A stretch of DNA of 64,000 bases from Trichormus sp. ATA11-4-KO1 (lineage in GTDB: Bacteria > Cyanobacteriota > Cyanobacteriia > Cyanobacteriales > Nostocaceae), in the NCBI GenBank assembly GCA_019358915.1, contig JAHHIM010000036.1:224001-288000 (forward strand). Reading direction: 5' to 3'. Positions 1 to 8,983 of this stretch are shown piece by piece; position 1 is the stretch's first letter, and every line of letters begins with the position of its first letter. The notes under the pieces were generated by a model. The model ran no database searches, was not told where the DNA came from, and saw only the letters and a list, made by a program, of their open reading frames with translations. The position numbers and the translations under genes were made by a program.

Positions 1-33
1 AGCAAGAGCGATCGCCAGCTTGTCAATGACTCA

Positions 34-510
34 TTAACGCGTTCTGTCACTAGAATTCGGTGTTTTTTGCCAAGAAGAAATTAGCAGACAAACAATACCG
101 ATACTAATAAATGAATCTGCCATATTAAATACAGCAAAATTAATCAAGCGAAAATCCAGAAAATCCACGACATAGCCTAAAACAAACCGATCAATACCAT
201 TGCCCATAGCTCCACCTAAAATCAAACCATAGCCCAACTGATCCCAACGATTTAACTCCTGACCAAACCATGCCAAAGCTATCAATACCAAACTCACTCC
301 CAGAGATAGCCAGCGCAACCACTCTACTTTTCCACTTAATAGACTAAAAGCTGCACCCGTGTTAGTGACATAAGTCAGGTGAAATATCCCTGGTAATAAT
401 GGTAGTGTCTGTCCCAGGCTAAAGGTTTGCACTACCCAGTATTTTGTCAGTTGGTCTAGGAAAAAAGCAATGAAAGCAGCAATCCAGAAGAGACGATTTT
501 TTAAACGCAT
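34..510 (-). CDS. lspA: Lipoprotein signal peptidase II
   Basis: Motifs DQLTK, NTGAAFS, GAMGNGIDR, VVDF and FNMAD; hydrophobic segments. Confidence 0.96.
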   Translation of the reverse strand: MRLKNRLFWIAAFIAFFLDQLTKYWVVQTFSLGQTLPLLPGIFHLTYVTNTGAAFSLLSGKVEWLRWLSLGVSLVLIALAWFGQELNRWDQLGYGLILGGAMGNGIDRFVLGYVVDFLDFRLINFAVFNMADSFISIGIVCLLISSWQKTPNSSDRTR

Positions 511-584
511 GAAACTAGGGACTAGGGACTAGGGATTGAGGTGAGGTCTTACAAAAATAATTTTAAATTTTTAGCCTCTATTAA

Positions 585-1172
585 CTAATAAAACATTAAG
601 TGACGTAATATATATGCTATTACGGTAACAGCACATACTACAGCTAGCTGACCGGGTAATGCCAACCAAGAGTATCTGAGGATTGCTTGGATCAATAGCA
701 AATTTTCTGTGCCTTTCCACTGAAAAATATAGCTGATTATCAAATAAGTAACACCGCAGATGTGGATAGTTAACAAGCCACTCAAACAACTAAAGGCAAG
801 AGTTTCTAGTTTAGGTCTAGCTTTAAAGGCCAAAAAGCCACAAATCCACGCTCCAGGAATAAAGCCAAGCAGATAACCAAACTGAGATAGCTTGATATAA
901 CCGATACCACCACCTTCAGCAAATACAGGAAGCAAGGTTAAACCCATCACTAAATAGGCAATTTGTGATAATGCACCAGCATTTTTTCCACCCAAACAAC
1001 CTATTAATAGCACCGCACCAACTTGACAGGTGACACCTAAAGAAAAAGTTTGAATTCCATGCTGACTCCAACTCCAAGGCAAAGTGAGACCGTAGGCTTC
1101 TAAGAAGGTACCGCCCATTGTCAGGAGTAAGCCGATCATAGACCATAGTAATTGATTGGAAGCGGCAAACAT
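585..1172 (-). CDS. bioY: Biotin transporter BioY family protein
   Basis: Multi-TM protein with GLTLLPVFAEGGGIG..FGYLLGF motif; lies upstream of lspA. Confidence 0.9.
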   Translation of the reverse strand: MFAASNQLLWSMIGLLLTMGGTFLEAYGLTLPWSWSQHGIQTFSLGVTCQVGAVLLIGCLGGKNAGALSQIAYLVMGLTLLPVFAEGGGIGYIKLSQFGYLLGFIPGAWICGFLAFKARPKLETLAFSCLSGLLTIHICGVTYLIISYIFQWKGTENLLLIQAILRYSWLALPGQLAVVCAVTVIAYILRHLMFY

Positions 1173-1395
1173 TTATCAGGCAAAAGGGAAAAGCAACAGC
1201 AACCAGTATAGGCATTAATTCAGTCAATGAGATTTGTACTGGTATTTAAAGAAGTAGCATATTTTCTCTTGCCTGTTTGGTTGGTGATGTTATTTTTAGC
1301 TGTTAAGTCTATTTTTTTACCTTATTCAAGGCTGAGTGCTGAATCAGAAGAGGAGGGAAGTATTTTCGCATTCGGTAAATACCCCACCCCTCGCG

Positions 1396-1466
1396 GTCAC
1401 TGAGCGGCTTGAGTGACTTGTACTGAGCCTTGTCGAAGTAGCCTTCGCCGAACTCCTGTCAAAGTA
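1396..1466. repeat. Nested small dispersed repeat composite (copy 1)
   Basis: Core ACTTGTACTGAGCCTTGTCGAAGT (1416-1439) is identical to 11349-11372 and to the reverse complement of 53762-53785; flanks also shared. Confidence 0.85.
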
Positions 1467-1861
1467 CGGGTGGTTTTTTAACTCAGCACTCTTAATTGCC
1501 TACAGCGTATACCGCAGAGACACAGAGTACACGGAGGAAGAAAATAGAGAGATTTTCACAACTGATTTAAGCTCGCTACATACAGCAGACCGCAGGTAAA
1601 TAAGGTATAAATTTTAAGAACAAAACCATATACCAAGAGGTTTTCAATCCTGTTCTTTGCTGTATTATATCTTTTTTTTGTTTCTTTTATTTTTAATGAT
1701 TACTTTAATTAATTATTAGAGGTTAATATTAGACTAAAAAATATTCTATGAGTAGAAGATATCTGCATTTTTTGCTGAGGAATAAAAAGTAGAACTTCAT
1801 TATTATTGTTTTGATGTATATCGAAAATAAACCTATTAATGCTAAAAAAATATCTAAAAGA

Positions 1862-1981
1862 TTGACAATTTAATCAAAATATTTTCCATTGTATTACATA
1901 TAGAAATTGCCTAGAATTTAATGTAATATTAGCGCCGAATCAAAGCTTATTTAGGTTAGGATATATTGACTAAAAAATCAA
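1862..1981 (+). promoter_or_regulatory. Two TTGAC-N6-ATCAA motifs upstream of the NPF-repeat gene; candidate regulator sites
   Basis: TTGACaatttaATCAA at 1862 and TTGACtaaaaaATCAA at 1966; resemble the repeats upstream of scyA, but the region is AT-rich. Confidence 0.35.
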
Positions 1982-2137
1982 TATATTAGCCCACGAAGCT
2001 TAATGCGTTAATAGCTAATAACTAGCTTTGGCAATGGAACAACATACAAATAAATTCATGAAGCTGGGTGAATTTCCTTCATTTAATGTTCCAGATATAA
2101 CAAGATTTTCATCCAAAAAATAGGAGGCTTCGTTCTG

Positions 2138-3166
2138 ATGGCAGATTCGATGAATGATGGTAGCAGCAACGCTTCTACTGAAGATATGAGTTCTTTGCTT
2201 CGGCAATCACCTTTTGGAGCCTTGCTAAACATTGAAGGTGTAACTCCAGAAACCTTAATGAGTTCTTTTGCCACTGCTGTTGGCAACTTCAATGATGATG
2301 AGAACCCGTTTGGTAGCGGTAGCTCACCTAGTGGAGGTAATCCCTTTTCTAATTTTGGCAACCCAACAGCTGAAGGTAGCCCGTTAACTGGCGGTGTAAA
2401 CCCCTGGGCTACTAACAACCAAGGTGATGGCGACTCATCAACTGGCGGCGGTAACCCGTTTAGTGGTGGTGGTAACTCATCAACTGGCGGCGGTAACCCG
2501 TTTGGTGGTAGTAACTCATCAACTGGTGGCGGTAACCCGTTTAGTGGTGGTGGCGACTCATCAACTGGTGGTGGTAACTCATCAACTGGCGGCGGGAATC
2601 CGTTTGGTGGTAGTAACTCATCAACTGGCGGCGGGAATCCGTTTGCTGGTGGTAGCGACTCATCAACTGGTGGCGGAAATCCATTTGGTGGTGGTGGTAA
2701 CTCATCAACTGGCGGCGGTAACCCGTTTAGTGGTGGTGGTAACTCATCAACTGGCGGCGGGAATCCGTTTGGTGGTGGTGGCGACTCCTTGACTGGTGGC
2801 GGGAATCCGTTTGGTGGTGGTGGCGACTCATCAACTGGCGGCGGGAATCCGTTTGGTGGTAGTAACTCATCAACTGGTGGCGGGAATCCGTTTGGTGGTA
2901 GTAACTCATCAACTGGTGGCGGGAATCCGTTTGCTGGTGGTAGCGACTCATCAACTGGCGGCGGGAATCCGTTTGCTGGTGGTAGCGACTCATCAACTGG
3001 TGGCGGAAATCCGTTTGGTGGTGGTAACCCGTTTGCAGGTAGTGGCGACTCCTCGACTAGTAATAGTGACCCGTTTGCTAGTGGCGATAACCCATTTGCT
3101 GGTGACAGTAACCCATTTGCTGGCGGAGGTAATCCATTTGCCGGTGGCGGTAACTCGTTTACTTAG
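2138..3166 (+). CDS. Low-complexity Gly/Ser/Asn-rich protein with tandem (D/N)SSTGGGNPF(G/A/S)GG repeats; function unknown
   Basis: AGGAGG RBS upstream, 342-aa ORF, 39/42-bp repeat units with synonymous variation that keeps this frame, downstream terminator. Confidence 0.85.
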   Translation: MADSMNDGSSNASTEDMSSLLRQSPFGALLNIEGVTPETLMSSFATAVGNFNDDENPFGSGSSPSGGNPFSNFGNPTAEGSPLTGGVNPWATNNQGDGDSSTGGGNPFSGGGNSSTGGGNPFGGSNSSTGGGNPFSGGGDSSTGGGNSSTGGGNPFGGSNSSTGGGNPFAGGSDSSTGGGNPFGGGGNSSTGGGNPFSGGGNSSTGGGNPFGGGGDSLTGGGNPFGGGGDSSTGGGNPFGGSNSSTGGGNPFGGSNSSTGGGNPFAGGSDSSTGGGNPFAGGSDSSTGGGNPFGGGNPFAGSGDSSTSNSDPFASGDNPFAGDSNPFAGGGNPFAGGGNSFT

Positions 3167-3200
3167 TAATAGCAATCATTCTTTTATTTTTGTGAACTAC

Positions 3201-3229
3201 CCCAACTTCTTAACTGAAGTTGGGTTTTT
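3201..3229 (+). terminator. Intrinsic terminator of the NPF-repeat gene
   Basis: CCCAACTTC-ttaact-GAAGTTGGG followed by TTTTT. Confidence 0.75.
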
Positions 3230-3322
3230 CAGTATTGTGTGCCTTTACTTTGTTAGGGATATTCTGAAAAATATCCGTCACGAAAGAAGATTCAAAGCAC
3301 GATCGCAATTTATGAAAAATGC

Positions 3323-3347
3323 AAAAAGTCGAGTGTTAACTCGACTT
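3323..3347 (-). terminator. Intrinsic terminator ending the scytonemin operon
   Basis: Hairpin AAGTCGAG..CTCGACTT with a T-run on the minus strand, just after the DAHP synthase stop. Confidence 0.65.
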
Positions 3348-3370
3348 GATTACCGCTACTTTTATGCCAA

Positions 3371-4438
3371 CTAAATAGAATTTACTAATGCAGGCGGCAT
3401 AGACCAGCGATTAACTACTTTTCCCAAAACAGACATTTCCTGAACCAAGCGGTCAAATTTCTCAGGAGTGAGGGACTGAGGCCCATCAGATAAAGCTCTT
3501 GCGGGATTGGGGTGAACTTCAATCATTAAGGCATCTGTACCAGCTGCGATCGCAGCTAAAGCCATTGCTGGGACATAATCAGAGTTACCAGTCCCATGAC
3601 TAGGATCAATCATCATCGGCAGATGGGTGAGCGATCGCAAGACTGGAATTACTGATAAATCTAAGGTATTTCTGGCATATTTGGCATCAAAGGTTCTAAT
3701 CCCCCGTTCACACAAAATCACGTTGGGATTTCCTGATGCCAAAATGTATTCTGCTGCCATTAGCCACTCATCAATAGTGGCTGACATTCCCCGCTTGAGC
3801 AGCACTGGTTTATCTTGAGCGCCTACTTTTTTTAGCAACGAGAAGTTGTGCATATTCCGCGCTCCTATTTGGATGATGTCAGCTACTTTCGTTACAGCTG
3901 GTAAGTCTGCTGCATCCATCAGTTCTGTAATGATGCCTAAACCTGTAGCTTCTTGTGCTGCTGCTAACAAATCTAAAGCACTTTCGCCATATCCCTGAAA
4001 CGCGTAGGGTGAGGTGCGGGGTTTGTAAGCTCCTCCACGCAGAAACTTTGCTCCTGCTGTTTTCACCCGCTTTGCTGTCTCTACTATCATCGCTTCATTT
4101 TCGACGGAACATGGCCCAGCTACGACAACGATGGGATGATGCTCTCCGAAAGAGACACGACCGTTAGGTGTAGATACAACAACTTCGCTGGCTTCCCCGT
4201 GGCGAAATTCGCGACTTACCCGCTTGAAAGGTCGCTGTACTCGTAATACTTGCTGAATCCAAGGGCTTAATTCCTGGACTTGCAATGTATCGATGGTAGA
4301 TGTATCACCAATGATTCCTAAAATAGCTTTATGCTTGCCGATGCTTTTTTCAACGGTGACTCCCCAAACTTCCTTTAAATCTTGGGAAATTTGAGTGATT
4401 TCGCTATCAGGTGTACCATTTTTAAGGACTACAATCAT
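3371..4438 (-). CDS. aroF: DAHP synthase (class I-beta), scytonemin-cluster copy (often called aroG)
   Basis: AGPCSVE, RGGAYKPRTSPY, QIGARNM, LCERGIR and DPSHG motifs. Confidence 0.95.
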   Translation of the reverse strand: MIVVLKNGTPDSEITQISQDLKEVWGVTVEKSIGKHKAILGIIGDTSTIDTLQVQELSPWIQQVLRVQRPFKRVSREFRHGEASEVVVSTPNGRVSFGEHHPIVVVAGPCSVENEAMIVETAKRVKTAGAKFLRGGAYKPRTSPYAFQGYGESALDLLAAAQEATGLGIITELMDAADLPAVTKVADIIQIGARNMHNFSLLKKVGAQDKPVLLKRGMSATIDEWLMAAEYILASGNPNVILCERGIRTFDAKYARNTLDLSVIPVLRSLTHLPMMIDPSHGTGNSDYVPAMALAAIAAGTDALMIEVHPNPARALSDGPQSLTPEKFDRLVQEMSVLGKVVNRWSMPPALVNSI

Positions 4439-4608
4439 TTTCTTTTCCTTAACTTTTATTATTGAAACTTCTTTGTGTCTTTGTAGTAAAAAAAATGAAT
4501 TTTATTAACCACTAAGACACTAAGACACCAAGTAAAATTACAAGTAAATAGAGGGAATAAACTTAGATATTTCACCCTCTTTAATAGGGCTATCTCTAGC
4601 CCCTATTT

Positions 4609-5730
4609 TTAGTGCAAAAATTTGGCAAGTTGTTCTAACTTTGTCCAAGCTGCACCGCTTTGCAGAACTTCTTGAGCTAGTACAAGACTTTTCTCGCACC
4701 CTTCTAAAATATCTGTGACTCCCTCAACGGCTTCGCTAACTTGCAGGGCGATCGCTGTATTTAAAGCGACTACATCCTGCTGTGCTTGAGTACCTTTACC
4801 TTGCAGAACTGCCTGCAAGATTTCCGCATTTGCTTGGACATTGCCACCGCGTAATGCCACAGTTGGTGCAGGAGTTAAACCTAATTTTTGAGGATTAAGT
4901 ACTAGACGACGTACTTGATTATCTTGGAGTACAGCCAAGTCTGTTAAATCTGCTAATCCAGCTTCATCTAACCTTTCTCGTCCGTAGAGGGCGATCGCCT
5001 GCCGACATCCCAATTGTGATAATGCTTGGGCGATCGTCTCCAGTAAACCTGGGTCGTTGACACCAATAATTTGTCCTGTCGGTCGCATGGGATTGACGAG
5101 AGGCCCCAACAGGTTAAAAATAGTCCTGACTTTCAAAGTTTTTCGCAAAGCAGCGACCGCCTTTAGTGCCGGATGCCAACCAGGAGCAAACAAAAAGGTG
5201 ATACCAACTTCACCAACAGCAGCCTGTACTTTCTCAGGACTGGCGTTGAGATTTATACCCAAAGCTTCCAACACATCAGCCGAACCAGTCTTACTAGATG
5301 CGGAACGATTGCCATGCTTGGCAACTTTCACCCCTGCGGCCGCAGCAACAAAAGCAACAGCTGTAGAGATATTAAAAGTTGAAGCCCCATCGCCACCAGT
5401 TCCACAAGTGTCAATTAAAGTGCTGAGTGCTGAGTGCGCTTGCCCTGAGCGAAGTCGAAGGGGAGTGCTGAGTGGGGAAGATTGAGATTGTAAGACTCTA
5501 GCCATGCCAACTAGCTCATCTGGGGATACGCCTTTGGCTTGGATGGCTGCTAAAATGGCTCCTGAGAGTACAGGGGGAATAGTTTCTGTGAGCCAACCCT
5601 GCATTAAGTCAGCAGCTTGGGGAACTGTCAAGGATTCTCTGTCAAGTAACTGTTGTAATAAAGCTGGCCAATTCTGGGAATCAAGAGTAACTTGGTTTTG
5701 TCCAGGTGGGGCTTGAGTTACAGATGTCAT
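4609..5730 (-). CDS. trpD: Anthranilate phosphoribosyltransferase
   Basis: [15 protein letters not shown] and [15 protein letters not shown] motifs; ATG at 5730 preferred; contains an in-frame repeat insertion. Confidence 0.95.
   Translation of the reverse strand: MTSVTQAPPGQNQVTLDSQNWPALLQQLLDRESLTVPQAADLMQGWLTETIPPVLSGAILAAIQAKGVSPDELVGMARVLQSQSSPLSTPLRLRSGQAHSALSTLIDTCGTGGDGASTFNISTAVAFVAAAAGVKVAKHGNRSASSKTGSADVLEALGINLNASPEKVQAAVGEVGITFLFAPGWHPALKAVAALRKTLKVRTIFNLLGPLVNPMRPTGQIIGVNDPGLLETIAQALSQLGCRQAIALYGRERLDEAGLADLTDLAVLQDNQVRRLVLNPQKLGLTPAPTVALRGGNVQANAEILQAVLQGKGTQAQQDVVALNTAIALQVSEAVEGVTDILEGCEKSLVLAQEVLQSGAAWTKLEQLAKFLH
5426..5473. repeat. Small dispersed repeat inside AGTGCTG heptamers, in frame within trpD
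   Basis: Matches the reverse complement of intergenic 37077-37124 at 47 of 48 positions. Confidence 0.9.
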
Positions 5731-5764
5731 GTTATTAACACTCAATAATTAATGAACAATCAAC

Positions 5765-7000
5765 TCAGGACTGAGGATTTAAAAATTTCGCTACGGTTTG
5801 CACATCCTTGTCACCTCTGCCAGAACAATTAATGACAATGCGGGGACTGCCAGCAAGTTGAGGACAGAGAATTTCTAAATAGGCGATCGCATGAGCGGTT
5901 TCTAAAGCAGGTATAATTCCTTCTAGTTGGGAAAGTCTCTCAAAGGCATCTAAAGCCTGCCCGTCAGTGACGCTGTAATATTCTGCCCGACCGAGATCCT
6001 TTAAATAACTATGCTCAGGGCCCACACCGGGATAGTCCAATCCGGCGCTAATTGAATGTGCTTCAACTACTTGGCCGTCATCATCTTGTAGTAAATAACT
6101 CATCGCCCCATGCAAAACTCCCACCTTTCCTTGTGTGAGCGTCGCTGCATGTTTATCTGTATTGATACCTTCACCCGCCGCCTCTACTCCCACCAGGCGC
6201 ACAGCAGCTTCATTAACAAACTCATGGAACAATCCCATGGCATTGGAACCACCACCCACACAAGCCAGCAGAATATCCGGTAATCCGCCCCATTTCTCCT
6301 GACACTGAGAGCGAGTTTCTTTACCAATAACTGCGTGAAAATCACGTACTATCATCGGGTAGGGATGCGGCCCAGCAACAGAACCGAGGATGTAATGGGT
6401 TGTTTCCACATTTGTCACCCAATCCCGAATCGCCTCAGAAGTAGCATCCTTTAAAGTTCCTGTTCCTGCTTCCACTGGACGCACTTCTGCCCCCATCAAC
6501 TTCATGCGAAACACATTCAGGGCTTGGCGTTCCATATCGTGGATGCCCATATAAATCACACACGCCAATCCAAACCGCGCACACACGGTAGCAGTCGCCA
6601 CACCATGTTGACCTGCTCCAGTTTCCGCAATAATTCGCTGTTTACCCATGCGTTTAGCTAATAATACCTGAGCCAAAGCATTATTAATTTTGTGAGCGCC
6701 TGTATGATTTAAATCTTCGCGCTTTAAATAAATTTGCGCTCCCGTACCATCAGGTCTAGCGTAGTGTGTCGTCAAACGTTCCGCAAAATATAACGGGCTG
6801 GGTCGTCCCACGTAATCCCGCAGTAAGTTTTGCAGTTCCACTTGGAAACTCAAATCATGATGATATTGATCAAATGCCGCTTCCAATTCACTTAATGCCG
6901 GCATTAAAGTTTCCGGAACATATTTCCCGCCGAATTTGCCAAACCTACCCAAAGAATCAGGTCGAACAGTCGCAGTATTGATGTCTTGTATACTTACCAC
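5765..7000 (-). CDS. trpB: Tryptophan synthase beta chain
   Basis: [24 protein letters not shown] and GGGSNA motifs. Confidence 0.97.
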   Translation of the reverse strand: MVSIQDINTATVRPDSLGRFGKFGGKYVPETLMPALSELEAAFDQYHHDLSFQVELQNLLRDYVGRPSPLYFAERLTTHYARPDGTGAQIYLKREDLNHTGAHKINNALAQVLLAKRMGKQRIIAETGAGQHGVATATVCARFGLACVIYMGIHDMERQALNVFRMKLMGAEVRPVEAGTGTLKDATSEAIRDWVTNVETTHYILGSVAGPHPYPMIVRDFHAVIGKETRSQCQEKWGGLPDILLACVGGGSNAMGLFHEFVNEAAVRLVGVEAAGEGINTDKHAATLTQGKVGVLHGAMSYLLQDDDGQVVEAHSISAGLDYPGVGPEHSYLKDLGRAEYYSVTDGQALDAFERLSQLEGIIPALETAHAIAYLEILCPQLAGSPRIVINCSGRGDKDVQTVAKFLNPQS

Positions 7001-7073
7001 TAGTCAAAATCCTTGTATTTATCGTTCGCGTAGCGTGCGTGCAATAGAGGCGCAAAGAACGCCGACAGAGGAA

Positions 7074-7161
7074 GCGTTGCTGAAATACCAAAATACCTTT
7101 TTTTTTCTTTGCGCCTTTGCGCCTTTGCGTGAGGTAAATTCATACATTCAATTAGCAACGC
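7074..7161. mobile_element. Short MITE-like element in the trpA-trpB gap
   Basis: Inverted ends GCGTTGCTGA / TTAGCAACGC around internal CTTTGCGC repeats. Confidence 0.55.
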
Positions 7162-7171
7162 CAAATGATTT

Positions 7172-7999
7172 TTAGTTAGCAGAACCAACAGTTTGCAAAG
7201 ATACAGAAGTAATAGCCGCTTTGAGTTGACGACAAAGTTGTTCCACAGATTGCAGCCCCTCCTCTGGACTACCTTCAGCTAACCGTTTGACAAAAGCACT
7301 ACCAACAATCACAGCATCCGCCCCCCACTCTCTTACCTGAACTGCTTGTTCTGGTGCAGAGATCCCAAAGCCGACACCAATAGGTTTATCGGTGACACTC
7401 CGCATATCCGCCAGTAAATGCTGTACACGATCTTGGATTTGAGCGCGCATACCTGTAACACCAGTCACACTTACAAGGTAGATAAAACCCTGAGATTGAC
7501 GAGCGATCGCCTCTATCCTATCTTGAGAACTGGTAGGAGCTACGAGCAAAATCACCTCAATACCAAAAGCAGCAGCAGCTTGTATTAATTGTGCTGCTTC
7601 TTCTAGGGGTAAATCTGGCACCACCAATCCGCGCACACCAGCCGCCGCAATTTCGCCTAAAAATGTCGGAATACCCCGATGCAAAATCGGATTGTAATAA
7701 GTAAATAAAATGATCGGCGCTTTCAGACTAGGACTGACATCTTGCAACATCTTCAGCACTTGCTCTAATTTTGTGCCTTTTTGCAAAGCACGAGTTGCTG
7801 CGGCTTGAATCACCGGGCCATCTGCTAAAGGGTCGGAGTAAGGAACACCCAACTCAATAAAGTCAGCACCATTGCGATCTAAAATGCGTAAAGCCTCGGC
7901 AGTGGTTGTTAAATTGGGGTCGCCAGCTGTGATAAAGGGAATCAAAGCACACTGCTGCTGCGATCGTAAAGTGTTAAAGGAATCGGAGATAGAAGTCAT
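7172..7999 (-). CDS. trpA: Tryptophan synthase alpha chain
   Basis: [25 protein letters not shown] and VGFGIS motifs. Confidence 0.97.
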   Translation of the reverse strand: MTSISDSFNTLRSQQQCALIPFITAGDPNLTTTAEALRILDRNGADFIELGVPYSDPLADGPVIQAAATRALQKGTKLEQVLKMLQDVSPSLKAPIILFTYYNPILHRGIPTFLGEIAAAGVRGLVVPDLPLEEAAQLIQAAAAFGIEVILLVAPTSSQDRIEAIARQSQGFIYLVSVTGVTGMRAQIQDRVQHLLADMRSVTDKPIGVGFGISAPEQAVQVREWGADAVIVGSAFVKRLAEGSPEEGLQSVEQLCRQLKAAITSVSLQTVGSAN

Positions 8000-8121
8000 T
8001 CTGGAAAATAGTTAATGATTAGTTAATAGTTCGGAAATAATCAACCATGAGCAATTAACAATGCCCACGCTACATTTTTTGTCATTGAGTATCCGAGGTT
8101 CATTAATTAATAGACAATGAT

Positions 8122-8949
8122 TTAAAGAAGACTGAACAGATTACGCACAGCTTGCTCGACATCTTTTTGTTTAACTAAAGACTCACCGATTAAAACTGCA
8201 CGCGCCCCAGCTTCGGCGACAAAAGATAAATCAGTAGGTGTATACAGTCCCGATTCACTGACAACGGTGATATCCCAGCTTTGCAATTGTTGCTGATATT
8301 GTGTTAAAAGTTGCTGTGTTGTTCGTAAATCTACTGTAAAATTTTCTAGATTGCGGTTGTTAATGCCTACTAAATGCAGGTCGTCTAGCTTTAGCACTCG
8401 CTCCAATTCAGTTAAGGTATGAACTTCTACTAATGCATTCATCCCCAAGTCATGAATTAAGTGCAAAAATTCCTGGAGTTCTGTATCTGAGAGAATGGCA
8501 GCAATTAATAAGACAGCATCTGCACCTGCCGTCCGTGCTAAATAAATTTGGTAGGGGTCAATGATGAACTCTTTACACAGTAAGGGTAAGGCGACAGCAG
8601 AGCGCACAGCCCGCAGATTAGCAAAACTACCGTCAAAAAACTTTTCATCAGTGAGAACAGATAGACAAGCCGCGCCACCTCGTTCATAAGCTTGAGCGAT
8701 CGCTACTGGATCAAAATCCGCACGAATAATTCCCCGACTCGGTGATGCTTTTTTTACTTCGGCGATTAAACTAGGTTGATGGGGATTTTGCTGTAAAGCA
8801 GTCAGGAAATTGCGCACAGTCGGCGCAGCAGTTAACTGGTGTTGCCAAGATACTAAAGGTAGTTCTTGCTGCATTTGCGCGACTTCTTGCTTTTTATGCC
8901 ACACAATTTCTTCGAGAATATGGCGCTCAATGGCAACAGGAATATTCAT
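8122..8949 (-). CDS. trpC: Indole-3-glycerol phosphate synthase
   Basis: [22 protein letters not shown] and VSESG motifs. Confidence 0.97.
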   Translation of the reverse strand: MNIPVAIERHILEEIVWHKKQEVAQMQQELPLVSWQHQLTAAPTVRNFLTALQQNPHQPSLIAEVKKASPSRGIIRADFDPVAIAQAYERGGAACLSVLTDEKFFDGSFANLRAVRSAVALPLLCKEFIIDPYQIYLARTAGADAVLLIAAILSDTELQEFLHLIHDLGMNALVEVHTLTELERVLKLDDLHLVGINNRNLENFTVDLRTTQQLLTQYQQQLQSWDITVVSESGLYTPTDLSFVAEAGARAVLIGESLVKQKDVEQAVRNLFSLL

Positions 8950-8983
8950 AAATTGCTAGATGAGGTAGACCAAAACCCAATAA

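Noticed and set aside
2424..3160. Regular 39-42-bp repeat array as a possible CRISPR array
   Set aside because: Units are contiguous with no unique spacers, lengths are multiples of three with synonymous variation, and no cas genes are nearby; it is a coding repeat
2424..3374. Alternative-frame ORFs (VVVTHQLAA and HQQTDSRRQL repeats)
   Set aside because: Shadow frames of the GGGNPF repeat; the RBS and wobble pattern support only 2138-3166
6936..7188. Short ORFs between trpA and trpB
   Set aside because: They are translations of MITE/repeat DNA, with no recognisable tyrosinase remnant
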